This document shows positions 13,525-23,919 of a DNA stretch of 64,000 nt, piece by piece (the first letter of the stretch is position 1; each line of letters opens with the position of its first letter). Below the pieces are notes generated by a model. The model was not told where the DNA came from and did not search any database. It saw only the letters and a program-made list of their open reading frames with translations. The DNA comes from Camelus ferus (taxonomy: Eukaryota), in the NCBI RefSeq assembly GCF_009834535.1, contig NC_045698.1, positions 12,464,001 to 12,528,000 on the forward strand, in the 5' to 3' direction. Position numbers and translations under genes: made by a program.

Positions 13525-13705
13525 AAGGATGTGTTGGCAAACTACCCAAGAGCCAAATCACAAGGCACTGCCCGTTTTTGTTGGTCTTGCTAACTAAGAA
13601 TATGAAGGATTACAGACAAGAAGAGCATGTGACAGAGATGCCCATGACTTGCAAAGTCTACAAGTTGTACTATCTGACCATTTAGAGCCAAAGTTTGCTG
13701 ACCCT
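13525..13705. mobile_element. MER58-like hAT-Charlie DNA transposon
   Basis: Ends 'gttggcaaacta...' and '...aaagtttgctgaccc'. Confidence 0.65.
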
Positions 13706-13929
13706 TAGCACAAGGACTATCATGCAAGGTAGAACTTTAAATCTGTACCTTCATTAAAGTCCTATCAGGAATGGCCAAAAGGCTCTAGTGTTCCAGAGAG
13801 GGGAGCTGGTACCCCTGACTAATGGGATCGAGGAAGCGAGCCATCAAGGAAAGGTGGGATTTCAATAAAAGGAAATGGGAGAAAGGCTGTTTTGGGGAAG
13901 GGAAAGGGAAGAGAGAATTAACAACCGAG

Positions 13930-14000
13930 TCAGAGCTTCTCAACCTGCAGCTGCACCTGGAATCCCCTGGGAGCTTTTAAAAATATACTGAGGCCAGACC
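13930..14000. mobile_element. MER5-type hAT-Charlie element, first half
   Basis: 'cagagcttctcaacctgcagctgcacctggaatcccctgggagcttttaaaaatatactgaggccag'. Confidence 0.65.
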
Positions 14001-14004
14001 ATAA

Positions 14005-14380
14005 AATGGAAGACAAATGGGAATAAATACACCTAACTGTGTATCAGGTTGGAACATAACCACCCAGGGAAAGAATTATTCCAAGTGACTTTTGAACTCA
14101 GTACTCTGACTAGACATCCTTAGCAGGAGGTAATGTAAGGTTAGAAGGAATTGCAGAGAAATCGTAAACTTCCCTCAACAGTTTAATTAGTAGTAGCTGT
14201 GATTTTGATACTCTCATTTGTGTGATGAGATAAAGCAATTTAGTAAATACGTTCATTTTAATTAATGTTTAGTGAAAGGGAAAAGAGATACAAATTAAAA
14301 AGTAATAAAAGGTTGAGAAGGCTAAATTTTAACAGGAAATATTGGTATAAATTCATGATTTATATGTATGTAGATATCTT
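14005..14380 (+). mobile_element. L1MC-like LINE 3' UTR, segment 1
   Basis: 'aagtgacttttgaactcagtactctgactagacatccttag' resembles L1MC3/4 3' UTR; continues after the pseudogene. Confidence 0.6.
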
Positions 14381-14382
14381 AG

Positions 14383-16530
14383 TTTTTTGGGTTTTTTTTT
14401 GAGACAAATGGTTTATTTAGTAACAAGGAATAAAATTCTTCTGTCTTCTGAGGGCTGGACTGGACTGTGGTAAGTCAAACAGATAGTAACACACACAGGA
14501 ACCCCCTCCCAGCCCTTGAGTTTTTGCAGAAACGCGAAGATGCCAGAGTCGCAGGACTTGCAATTGTTGTTTTCTGGACAGAAGTGCCGGCAGCTGTGCT
14601 TTCCAACGTGTCAGTGGTCGTGACATTCTCCTTCTTGTCTTCGGGTTTCAGGGCAGGAGACAGAAGCAGTTCCTTCATGTTGTTGGAGTCTGGGAGAAGC
14701 ATGGTGATGCAGCTGATGCCTGTACCCCAGCCATCCGTGGGGGGCAGCCTGTATTCCAGGTGGTCAGAAGGTTTCATCTCTGAACATGGCCTCATCACCC
14801 CCAGCAGCTTTGGCCTTGGCCTGTTCTTCAAAAAGCTGCCACTGTTGCATGGGGTCATTCAGCTCGGTGTAGGCACTGCATATTTCCTTCTTCACGACAA
14901 ATAGCTCAGAGCATTCAGTCAGACCTTCTTTAGAGCGGGGCCATTTGACCAGAGGGCTTGTTATCTGTGGGTGATCACAGATGAATGTAGGACTGATGAA
15001 TGTCACTTTCAAGAACTCCCCTGACAGGCTTATCAAGGAGCCTGGCTGTGGTCCGAGGTTACAGGCACTCAACAGCTTTTGCCACAAAGATATCATCAAG
15101 AATTTTGCAAGTTTATTCAGTTTCACAGAGGTTAGTTTCTGGCAACTTCATGTCCAGGGCTTTCTCAAACTTTTCTACCATGCTGATTTTCCGGAAGGGT
15201 GGGGTGAAGTTAATCTCAGATGCTCGGCCCTCCGGGCAATCTGGATGATAGGTGACCCTGTAGCTGCCTGTAATGTGCTTCTCTACCCCTGTAATCATCT
15301 TCTCTGTGATTTCCATGCAATCATGGTAGTCTGCATAGGCCATGTAGAATTCACATTGTGGGTCAGATCAATTCCTTCATTCTGGAACTGGCATCCAATT
15401 TCCTAAACCTGGTCAATGCCACTGACCACTAGCCCCTCACAGTAAAGTTCTGGGGCAATTCGCATCCAGCTCGTTGTGATGGGTGATGAACGCTTGGCCA
15501 CAGCTCCCCTAGGGAAGATGTTCATCATGGGAATTTCAATCTCCGGAAGTCCAACTCTTCCAAGAAACTTCTTATATATGTGACGATCTTAGAGTGGATG
15601 ATAAATTTCTGCCTCACAAAGTCATTCAGGATCAAGTCCGAGTATCTCTGATGATACCGTGTTTCCTTGCCTTTGAGGCCAAAGTGAAGATAGGTACCAT
15701 GTGCAAACAGGGAGACAGCAGTGTGCTCTCCTCGGAAATGACGCTCAGTTCACTCTTCTTGGTTTCCCCAGGATTGCCCTGGACACCAACTGTCTCCCCA
15801 GAGCAGTTTGTTGCTGATATGAATAAATTCTTCTTCTGACTTATAATTCCTGGAGTTGGCCATGACTTACAACTTAACCCCCTCTCCTTGAAGGTTGTTG
15901 AAGATGAGCTTTCCCCCAGCAGCTCTTTTGGCACGGATCCTACCTGCCGCCTTTAAGGTGATGTCAATCAGGTGGTCCCCAGGCTGCAGGTGACTGTATT
16001 CTTGGATGAAATGAGTGAGCAAGATGTCTACATGGAACTGGTGTGGGTTTGGGTCATCCTCGTTGACTTTCATTTGTTGGACCCCTTGGCTGCAGATCTT
16101 GTAGTATGATTTGGGGCCCGGCTCTCCTCCTCTGCACCCGCATCAGTGTCAGCGGCATGGTTGGTGGCAGCAGCAGTGGCCAGGCTTAGCTGTTTCTCAC
16201 TGAGCTCCTTCTGCTTGGCCTCCTTCTCTGCTATTTTCTTCTCAGCTTCCAGGCATCTCTTTAGCTTAGCACACTTCTTTTATCAGAAAGTGGCTGGTCC
16301 TTGTGAATTGCTGAGAAAGGAGCAAGCCGACACAGGCACAGGTCCCTCTGCCCCCACTGTGCCCCGCAGGTTTGGCGCAGGGACCCCCTAGCAGGCCTTA
16401 CAGCAGCTTATGTCAGCATGGCAGGACACCCTGGAACTACTGACTGGCACCACTTTGCTCAGTTTCGGCTCTCAGCCATCTCCTTTGACTTCAGCAGCCT
16501 GCACAGAGGCCATCTTCCCCGAGGGCCGGA
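14383..16530 (-). pseudogene. KARS1: Processed pseudogene of lysyl-tRNA synthetase (KARS1), from the mitochondrial-isoform mRNA
   Basis: Minus-strand ORF pieces match Lys[146 protein letters not shown]. No introns; many frameshifts and stops; ATG at 16513; AATAAA at 14417-14412; poly(A) remnant as T run 14383-14400. Confidence 0.97.
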
Positions 16531-16541
16531 CGCGATACCTT

Positions 16542-17120
16542 CTTTCTTGATTTAAAGTGTGTGTGTGTGTTTCCACTGAAAAAACCTAAATGTGAGGACA
16601 TTCCAGTCGCCACAAGAAGGCTACTGCCTACCTGGTTTCTAACTATCATTTAAAGAATTCAGTACTTTTGGAGAAATGTCTGGTCCGAGGCCTGGTTCAA
16701 GGAAAGAATGGGAATCTTATTGCCGAGAAAGGAAAAAGGTGTCAAAGGTTAATGAAGTCATCCAGAGGTCAAAGGACCAACTCAATTACACTTCCATTAG
16801 GCAAACTTGGGGCACTTTGAGCATTAAAAAGAATGATAAATGTTGTTGATTGTAAAATATGGAATAAGTAAGAATTCAGAAGTCCATAGTTACAGAAAAG
16901 AGAGAGGAATGAAAAAGAAAATCTTGCTACGATTAGAGGTGATGCCTATGAAAACTCTTTACTCTAAAAACTGGTAATTAAGCAAAAAGAATTAGCATTT
17001 AGTATGCTTTTATGATAACAAATACAGTTCATCTCAAGTTGATGAGATAGTGTTCCCCCTCCCCGATGGGAGAGTGTCAGTTAAGAAATATAAATGATGA
17101 CAGAATTTTAAAAATGACCA
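16542..17120 (+). mobile_element. L1MC-like LINE 3' UTR, segment 2
   Basis: 'ttggagaaatgtctggtccgaggcctgg', 'ttggggcactttgagcattaaaaagaatgat', 'tcatctcaagttgatgag'. Confidence 0.6.
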
Positions 17121-17785
17121 TATAACTCCCAGCATGAGTGAGATGTAAGATAGCACAGCCACTGTGGAAGAGAGTTTAGCATTTTCTTATAAGGTTAAAC
17201 ATACACTTACTAAAAAACCTGGAAATCCTATTCCTAAGCATTTACCCAAGTGGAATGAAAACTCAAGTTCCCCCGAAGGCCTGGATGAGAATGTTTGTAC
17301 GGCTTTGTTCGCAATTGCCTCAAACTGTGAACAACCCAAACGTCCCTCAACTTGGGATGGCTCAACAGATGGCAGTGCACCCCTGCAGTGGGATTCTGCT
17401 CAGCAATAAACAGGAAGGGACTGCTAATACGTGAACAGCATGGATGGTCTCAAACACATTTTGTTAAGTGAAAGAAAAGTCATACTTAAAAGGTGACCCA
17501 ATGTCAGTTCCATGTATGTGACATTTTGGAAAAGGCAAATCTAAAGGGACAGAAAACAGATTAGTGACTGACAAGGGCCAGGGTCGGGGGTTGACTGCAC
17601 AGAACAGGATGTAGGGGAATTACTGGTGGGTGGTAGAAATATTCTATATCTTAGTGGTTGTGGCGGTTGCCCGAAAATATACATACATTTTTCAAGACCC
17701 ACAAAATCATACAGAAAAAAGAGTGAAATTTTCTTGGGCATGGATGATGCCCTAATACAAAGTTAAAAAAAAAAAAAAAAAAAGA
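17121..17785 (+). mobile_element. Second L1M 3' end (MB/MD/ME-like) ending in poly(A)
   Basis: 'cagccactgtggaagagagtttagcattttcttataaggttaaacatacactta', 'gaacaacccaaacgtccctcaa', 'gacattttggaaaaggcaaa'; A run ~17765-17783. Confidence 0.8.
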
Positions 17786-18533
17786 AGACCATTTTGCAAA
17801 GTCCCAGTAATTCTTTCAGGCAAGAGTCATCATTGGATGTTAAAGCTACAGGATGGAATTTTGTTGGGGAAACAGGACATTCACGTGCCAGAATACCACC
17901 TCACAGATTGCTTGCTATTTGCAAATAGGAAAATGAGTTTTAATGGAGAGGTAATCAGCAGTCAAGGTCAGGATCACTAATGGCATAACAACCCGACTCT
18001 AGGTGCCGCTTGGTGGGATGTTAATACCCACCTCCTGTGAATTATACTCGCCCCAAAGCTTGACCTGAATCATCTCTTTACATTTAAATTTCAGTTTAGG
18101 ACCTGGGAATAGACGTGTCAGTTAAATAATACCATCAAGACATGATCAGACTAACATAGGTAGCAGAATGTGCCAGAAGACATGGTTGCTTTAAAAAGTC
18201 AACACAATTTTTAAAATAAATAAATAGAAGAACACTAGACTAAAGAATCTGAACAAGCAAATGCAGTGCATGAAAACTGATTGGCTTCTGGTTTGATAAA
18301 AGAGCAAAAAATGAGATTTTTGAGACAATTGAGATTTGAGTACAGACTAGATATTATGGAATTGCTGTGTTTTCTCAGACATGATAATGGTATTGTTTAT
18401 GGAGGGTAAGGTACTTATTTTTGGGTAGTTCCATGCTTAAGTACTTACAGGTAAAATGTCACGTCTGCAAATTATTTTCAAATAGATCAGCTATACGTAT
18501 CTATTTGTATATCTGTGTTTTATCTACTATCTG

Positions 18534-18585
<52 letters not shown>

Positions 18586-18705
18586 CCTACCTACCTACCT
18601 ACCTACCATAATACAAAATACTCACAATTGTGATGGGTTCACAGATTTCCACATATTATTCTCTTAACTCTTCTTGATGTTTAAAATCTTTATTAAAAAA
18701 AGTAG
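17786..18705 (+). mobile_element. L1MC-like LINE 3' UTR, segment 3, containing (TCTA)n/(CCTA)n at ~18526-18606
   Basis: Resumes 'gaccattttgcaa...tttcaggcaagagtcatcattggatgttaaa'; later 'atgtcacgtctgcaaattattttcaaatagatcag'. Confidence 0.65.
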
Positions 18706-18709
18706 GGGG

Positions 18710-18805
18710 AAAATGAATACCAGATCCTACTCTAGACTGAATACATCAGGATGTCCTGGGGACAGAACTTAAGCTCTAACATTTTTAGAAGTTCCCCAGA
18801 TGACT
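18710..18805. mobile_element. MER5-type element, second half
   Basis: 'catcaggatgtcctgggga...catttttagaagttccccagatgactt'. Confidence 0.55.
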
Positions 18806-19068
18806 TTTTTAAAAAACATGAAACAAATTTATTGGGCTCCTGGAGGCTATTGGTCCGGAAATTTGGGCAGGGCAAAAAGGGAATAACTTGTCTCTGTTCC
18901 ACGACATGTGGGGCCTCAGCTGGGGTGTGCTGGTACCCGGAAGCTGCGGTCACCCGGGAGCATCTTCACACACGTCTGGCAATCGAACCTATCTGTTGGC
19001 TGGAACCTTAGCTGGGCAGGCATGACCACCTTCATGTGGTCACTCCATGTGTCATCTCTGCATAGCCT
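18806..19068 (-). mobile_element. MLT1 (F/G-like) LTR fragment
   Basis: 'ggaaatttgggcagggc...cttgtctctgttccac..tgtggggcctcagctggg...catcttcacacacgtctggc'. Confidence 0.7.
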
Positions 19069-19686
19069 CTGGGTGACTTTAATTTGAAGTCAGCCTTTCC
19101 CCAGACTTGAAGGATCTTAAGCATTTATTAAAATTCAGATTCTCTGGCCCTTTTTCTGGCTCTGGGATGGGGACTATTAATACTTACTATTTAATATTTA
19201 AAGTCACCCAGGTGATTCTAACAGGAAGGCAAGTTTGGGAAGCACTGACTTAAGGCATTAGCCCTGTTTTTCTCTTAAGATCCCACATCTGTCCAGGCGC
19301 CAAGTACCAGACACCACAGAAGTGGGGTAATAGTCTATGGCCTTATTTCTGAAACTTCGTCCCACGTCCTTCCTTTGATTTCTAGATTTGCTTGCTGCTT
19401 CCAGCTCTGTCTTTCTCTTGGCTGTGATTATGGTTCTTCCATGTCTCTTTGTTGCTTTAATTGAAACACTTGTCTCACTTGACTAAACCCTTGAATCTTC
19501 TTACTCAAGGCATAACCTGTGGGTATAAAATTGAATGCGTTTGAGATAAACGAGGAGGGAGAAAAATGAGGCTGGGTCATAGCAGGTCTTGAAAGCCAGG
19601 CTGAGGAGTCTGACCTTAAGGCAATATTCAATAGGAATCCAGAGAGAGTTCTTTTTTCCTTTCTTCCTCTCTGGGACCTTTTTTCG

Positions 19687-20105
19687 GGGAGGTGGAGGGA
19701 GGGCGGAGGGAGGGAGGGAGGGAGGGAGGGAGGGAGGGCGGAGGAGGGAGGGAGGGAAGGGAGGGAGGGAGGATGGAGGAGGAGGTAGGGAGGAGGAAGG
19801 GAGGAAGGACGGGAGAGAAGGAAGGGAGAAGGACGGCGTATTCTTCCTTCCTGTCTTCCTTATTCCGGCTTGCTTCCTTCCTTCCTGAGTCTTCCGTCCT
19901 TCGTTCATGTCTCTTCTTCTTCAGGGTCTGTGCTCTCTTCCTCGATCTCTCTCTATCTCTCGCTTTTCTCTCTCTTTCTCGCATCCTCGCTCTTTCTTTC
20001 TCTTCTCTCTTTCTTTCTTCTTTCTTTCTTTCTTTCTTTCTCTTTCTTTCTTTCTCTTTCTTTCTTTCTTTTTCTTCTTCCCTCCCTCTCTTCTTTCTTC
20101 TTTTT
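19687..20105. repeat. Low-complexity (GGGA/GGAA)n purine tract followed by (TTCC/TTTC)n pyrimidine tract
   Basis: Directly visible; strand composition switches at ~19835-19840. Confidence 0.9.
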
Positions 20106-20676
20106 TACATTTCAATAAAAATTTTCCTCTTTATTTAAACATAAAACACATTAACAGCTTGCAGGCTAACTTAAAATTATATGATGTCTTCCCAAATCAA
20201 TTGTCTTTGACTGTATCTTCAAACACTGAAAAGAAACCAACATATTCCATAGGCAGACTCAGACCCTTTTCTATCACCTCATGTCAGATTGAGAGTTTTG
20301 TGCAGTAGTTTCCTTAAATTAGGCAAATAATTTAACTGATCACCATGAATAAATATTACTTTTACTTCAATGAGTTTCTCTTCTGGACGATTTATCAATA
20401 CCATTCAGAGGAACATTAATATATTTAGTCAAAATAAAAAGACACTGCCAATTGAAATTAAGTGTCAATGTTCCAGATGATCAGAAAATCTCATTTATAA
20501 GAGTAAATGTTGTGTTTAATGATCTACCTACCATGGCAAAAAGCAGTTCAAGGAAAACAAATTTATGGAATTTTTTGTACATTTTGTGAAAGTCTGAAAT
20601 TATAAATAGAAAAGAACCATTGAGATATTAAAAAAAAAAAAAAAAAAAAAAGCCCTAACATTGTGTATACTGAGCC

Positions 20677-20836
20677 GGGACCTCAGATGGGGTGTGCTGG
20701 TACCCGGAGGCTGCGGTCACCTGGTTGCATCTTCACACACGTCTGGTAGTTGAGCTTAGCTGTTGGCTGGGCTCTTAGCTGGGCATGCAGCCAGCACACC
20801 TTCATGTGGTCACTGCGTGTGGTGTCTCTGCATGGC
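20677..20836 (-). repeat. Second copy of the MLT1 fragment at 18910-19066
   Basis: Shared blocks 'tggggtgtgctggtacccgga', 'gctgcggtcacc', 'gcatcttcacacacgtctgg', 'caccttcatgtggtcact'. Confidence 0.9.
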
Positions 20837-20850
20837 TAGTTACGAGGCAC

Positions 20851-22250
20851 TGTTACCCAGCCGTGATCTCTCCCTTTCCATTTCCAACTTTATTGAGCTG
20901 AGTCCTCTCCATTTGTTTCTTGATGAACCTGACCAAAGTTTCATCAATTTTGTTTATCATTTCAAAGAACCAGACCCTAGTTTCATTGATCTTTTCTATT
21001 ACTCCTTTAGTCTCCACTTCATCCATTTCTGCTCTGATCTCCATGAGTTCCCTGCTTCTACCAACTCTGGGTTCTGTTCATTCTTCTTTTCCCAGCTGGC
21101 CCAGGGGTAAGGTAAGGGTGTGCATTTGAGACCCCTCCTGTTTCCTGAGGCAGGCCCTCATCACCACAGACTTACCCCTTAGAACTGCTTTTGCCGCATC
21201 CCAAAGGTTTTGGATTGTTGTGTTTTCGTTTTCATCTGTCTCAAGTATTTTTTGATTTCCTCTTTGATTTCTTCATGATCCACTAGTTGTTTAGTAGCAT
21301 ATTGTTCAGCCTCCACGTGTTAGCAGTTTTTTTTCTTTTCCCTTGTAGTTGATTTCTAACCTCATATGTGTCAGTTAGGGCCTGTGTTTCCTCACTGATT
21401 TTCTGTCTGGATGATCTGTCCATTGATGTAAGGGGGGTGTTAAGGTCCCCCCTACATTATTGTGTTACTGTCAATTTCTCCTTTTATGTCTGTTAACAGT
21501 TGCCTTATATCTTGAGGTGCCCCTATGTTAGGTGCATATATATTTATAATTGTTATATCATCTTCTTGGATTGATCCCTTGAGCATTATGTATTATCTTT
21601 GTCTCTTGTAACAGTCTTTATTTCAAAGTTGATGTTGTCTCATATAAGTATTGCTACTCCAGCTTTCTTTTGGTTTCTCTTTGCATGGAATATTTTTTTC
21701 CATCCCCTCACTTTCAATCTGCATGTGTCTCTAGCGCTGAAGTCGGTCTCTTGTAGATAGCATATATATGGGTTTTGTTTTTCTGTATCCATTCAGCCAG
21801 GCTGTCTCTTTTGGTTGGAGTGTTAAATTCATTTTCATTTAAGGTAATTATCGATACATATATTCTTATTGCCATTTTGTTAATTAATTTGGGTTTGTTT
21901 TGTAGGTCTTTTTTTCTCTTTCTTCTTTTTGTTCTCTTTTCTTGTGGTTTGATGACTAGAGAAGTTCCTTTAACATTTGTTGTAAAGCTGGTTTGGTGGT
22001 GCTGAATTCTTTTAGCTTTTGTTTATCTGTGAAGCTTTTGATTTCTCCATCAAATCTGAATGAGAGCCTTGCTGGATAGAGTAAGCTTGGTTGTAAGAAG
22101 TTTTTCCCTTTCATCACTTTAAATATATCATGTCACTCCCTTCTGGCCTGTAGAGGTTCTGCTGAAAAATCGGCTGATAACCTTATGGGAGTTGCCTTGT
22201 ATGTTATGTATATTATTTGTTGCTTTTCTCTTGCTGATTTTAGTATTTTC
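20851..22250 (-). mobile_element. Internal L1 fragment: ORF1p C-terminus plus ORF2p endonuclease and downstream linker, internally deleted
   Basis: Minus translation LYPARLSFRFDGEIKSFTDKQKLKEFSTTKPALQQMLKELL* (ORF1 end, TAG 21958-21956); ORF2 start MAIRIYVSIITLNENEFNTPTKR (ATG 21875); EIRAEMDEVETKGVIEKINETRVWFFEMINKID (21044-20853). Confidence 0.95.
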
Positions 22251-22252
22251 TC

Positions 22253-22425
22253 CACTTACTCCTTGTACAACCTTGAGCAAGTCATTTGCTTTGTGCTTTG
22301 TCCTCACCCATAATAAAAGAACCTGCTGTCTACGGTTGTTGGGAGGATTAAATGAGTTAATGCATAGTGTGGCTAGGACATTGGCTGCCTGCAGTCAACA
22401 CTCCATAAATATTAGCTCTTACTAG
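22253..22425 (+). mobile_element. MIR SINE
   Basis: 'accttgagcaagtcattt...tcctcacccataataa...gttgtgggaggattaaatgagttaatgcat'. Confidence 0.8.
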
Positions 22426-22545
22426 TAGCAATTTGATGTAGGGTTATCTACAGCCATCATTCCTTGCTGAGACTACCAGGATTCTTATGTCCATGATGGC
22501 TTATATCAGGACAAGAAACTGTTGTCCATTTCAGGGCTCTCTGAA

Positions 22546-22946
22546 GCAATTCTCAGTGTGTGGTCCCTGGACCAGTAGAACCAGCATCACCTGGGAACTT
22601 ATCAGAAACGTAAATTCTCAGGGCCCATCTCAAGTTTACTGAATCAGAGACTCTGCGGATGGGGACTTGCCAATGGTGTGCTGATAAAAGTTTAACAACT
22701 GGCTCATCAGGGGAAGATATGCCTGAGAGTTTGCTGATTCCCATGATTTAAATTCTCCCACTATGACTGATTTCAAGTTACCAAAGTGATGTTACAGAAT
22801 GCATTGCTATTGAGTTGGAAAGAGATACAGGCAATCAGCTCTCTCAAGGTGATTGAGGAACCCGCTCTGGCATGCTACCGGCCCAGAGAGCTGTGTTTCA
22901 ACAAGTTGTCTGGATGATTCTGATGCACCTTGGAATTCAAGCACTA
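22546..22946. mobile_element. MER5A split by a MER63-like insert (~22671-22880)
   Basis: MER5A start 'tgtggtccctggaccagtagaaccagcatcacctgggaactt'; insert 'caatggtgtgctgataaaagtttaacaactggctc'; MER5A resumes 'ctgtgtttcaacaag...gatgattctgatgcac'. Confidence 0.75.
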
Positions 22947-23677
22947 TCACGCAGAAGAGCTTAGTCATCTAGAGTTTGGGGGAGAAAATGTGGCAGTGTG
23001 CCTGGGCTTTGCAGCAGAACAACTGCATGCAAATTCTACTCTGCCACTTCCTGACCTTAGGTGAATGCCTGGCATATACTTAAGTATAACTGCACATCAG
23101 TTGTTATTATTATTACTCCAACATCATTCCTGCTGCAGTCAACTCACACCTTCTCAAATGCTTAGAGGAGCTCTGAGTACTTTTACTGCTGCCCAAGTCC
23201 CCTGGGACAAGCCAAGGATGAGCCCATTGCTGTGTTTTGCAGGTAGATAGGGAGCACTTTCCTGCCAGCTTTGTCATATTGTCTGTTGTGCCTCACCGTG
23301 ATTATGCAAAGTGGAAAGTGGTTATTACCCCAATTTACGTGACAATCATAAATATAGCCAACATCAGTGTGCTGATTTGCAGAGTATTGTTGTTACACCA
23401 GGTTGGGGGCTGTAGGTGAGCTGGAGGTTCATTTTTGTCCTTTGGAATCTGAAACTGCTTAGGTGGTGGTCTAGCAAATCCTTTCTGATAATTCCAATTT
23501 CCACCACATCCAATAGCTGGGCTCTGGTGTACCCTCCCTTCTGTTCCTCCTTTGTCATTGTTTACCAGCCCAATCTTCACCTCCACTTCTTTCTTGTGAA
23601 CAGAGCCCTGAAGCTGTTCAGAAACCAAGGGAAAATGTGCTTGGGGAAGGTGGGTCCCTCATGCATGAACTCTGGTT

Positions 23678-23882
23678 CCAGGGCTGTGCAAAAGAACTTT
23701 CTGTGAGAATGGAAGCCATCTGTATCTGCACTTCCCTTACAGAGACCACTGGCCTCAGGAGACTACTGAGTCCTTGAAACCTGGCTTGTGTGAGTGAGCA
23801 ACTGAATTTATAATTTTAATTCATCATAATTTAACTCTAACTTGCTTCATGTACCTAATGGCTACCGTATCAGATTGTACAA
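23678..23882. mobile_element. MER3-like hAT-Charlie element
   Basis: 'cagggctgtgcaaaagaactttctgtgagaatggaagccatctgtatctgcact' ... 'tggctaccgtatcagattgtaca'. Confidence 0.75.
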
Positions 23883-23919
23883 AGACTCCAAACCATGATG
23901 GTCCCTGTTCTTTTTGACA

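Noticed and set aside
14467..16391. Plus-strand ORFs (145, 141, 81 aa) over the KARS1 pseudogene
   Set aside because: Antisense shadows of a former coding sequence; no independent evidence of coding.
14383..16530. Functional KARS1 gene or retrogene
   Set aside because: Multiple in-frame stops, frameshifts and deletions, and no introns.
19501..20308. Cluster of 100-150 aa ORFs
   Set aside because: Translations of simple GGGA/TTTC repeats.
18806..20836. Two-LTR provirus bounded by the duplicated MLT1 pieces
   Set aside because: Both pieces are internal LTR fragments without termini, and the sequence between them is MER5-like, simple repeat and unique DNA rather than MaLR internal sequence.
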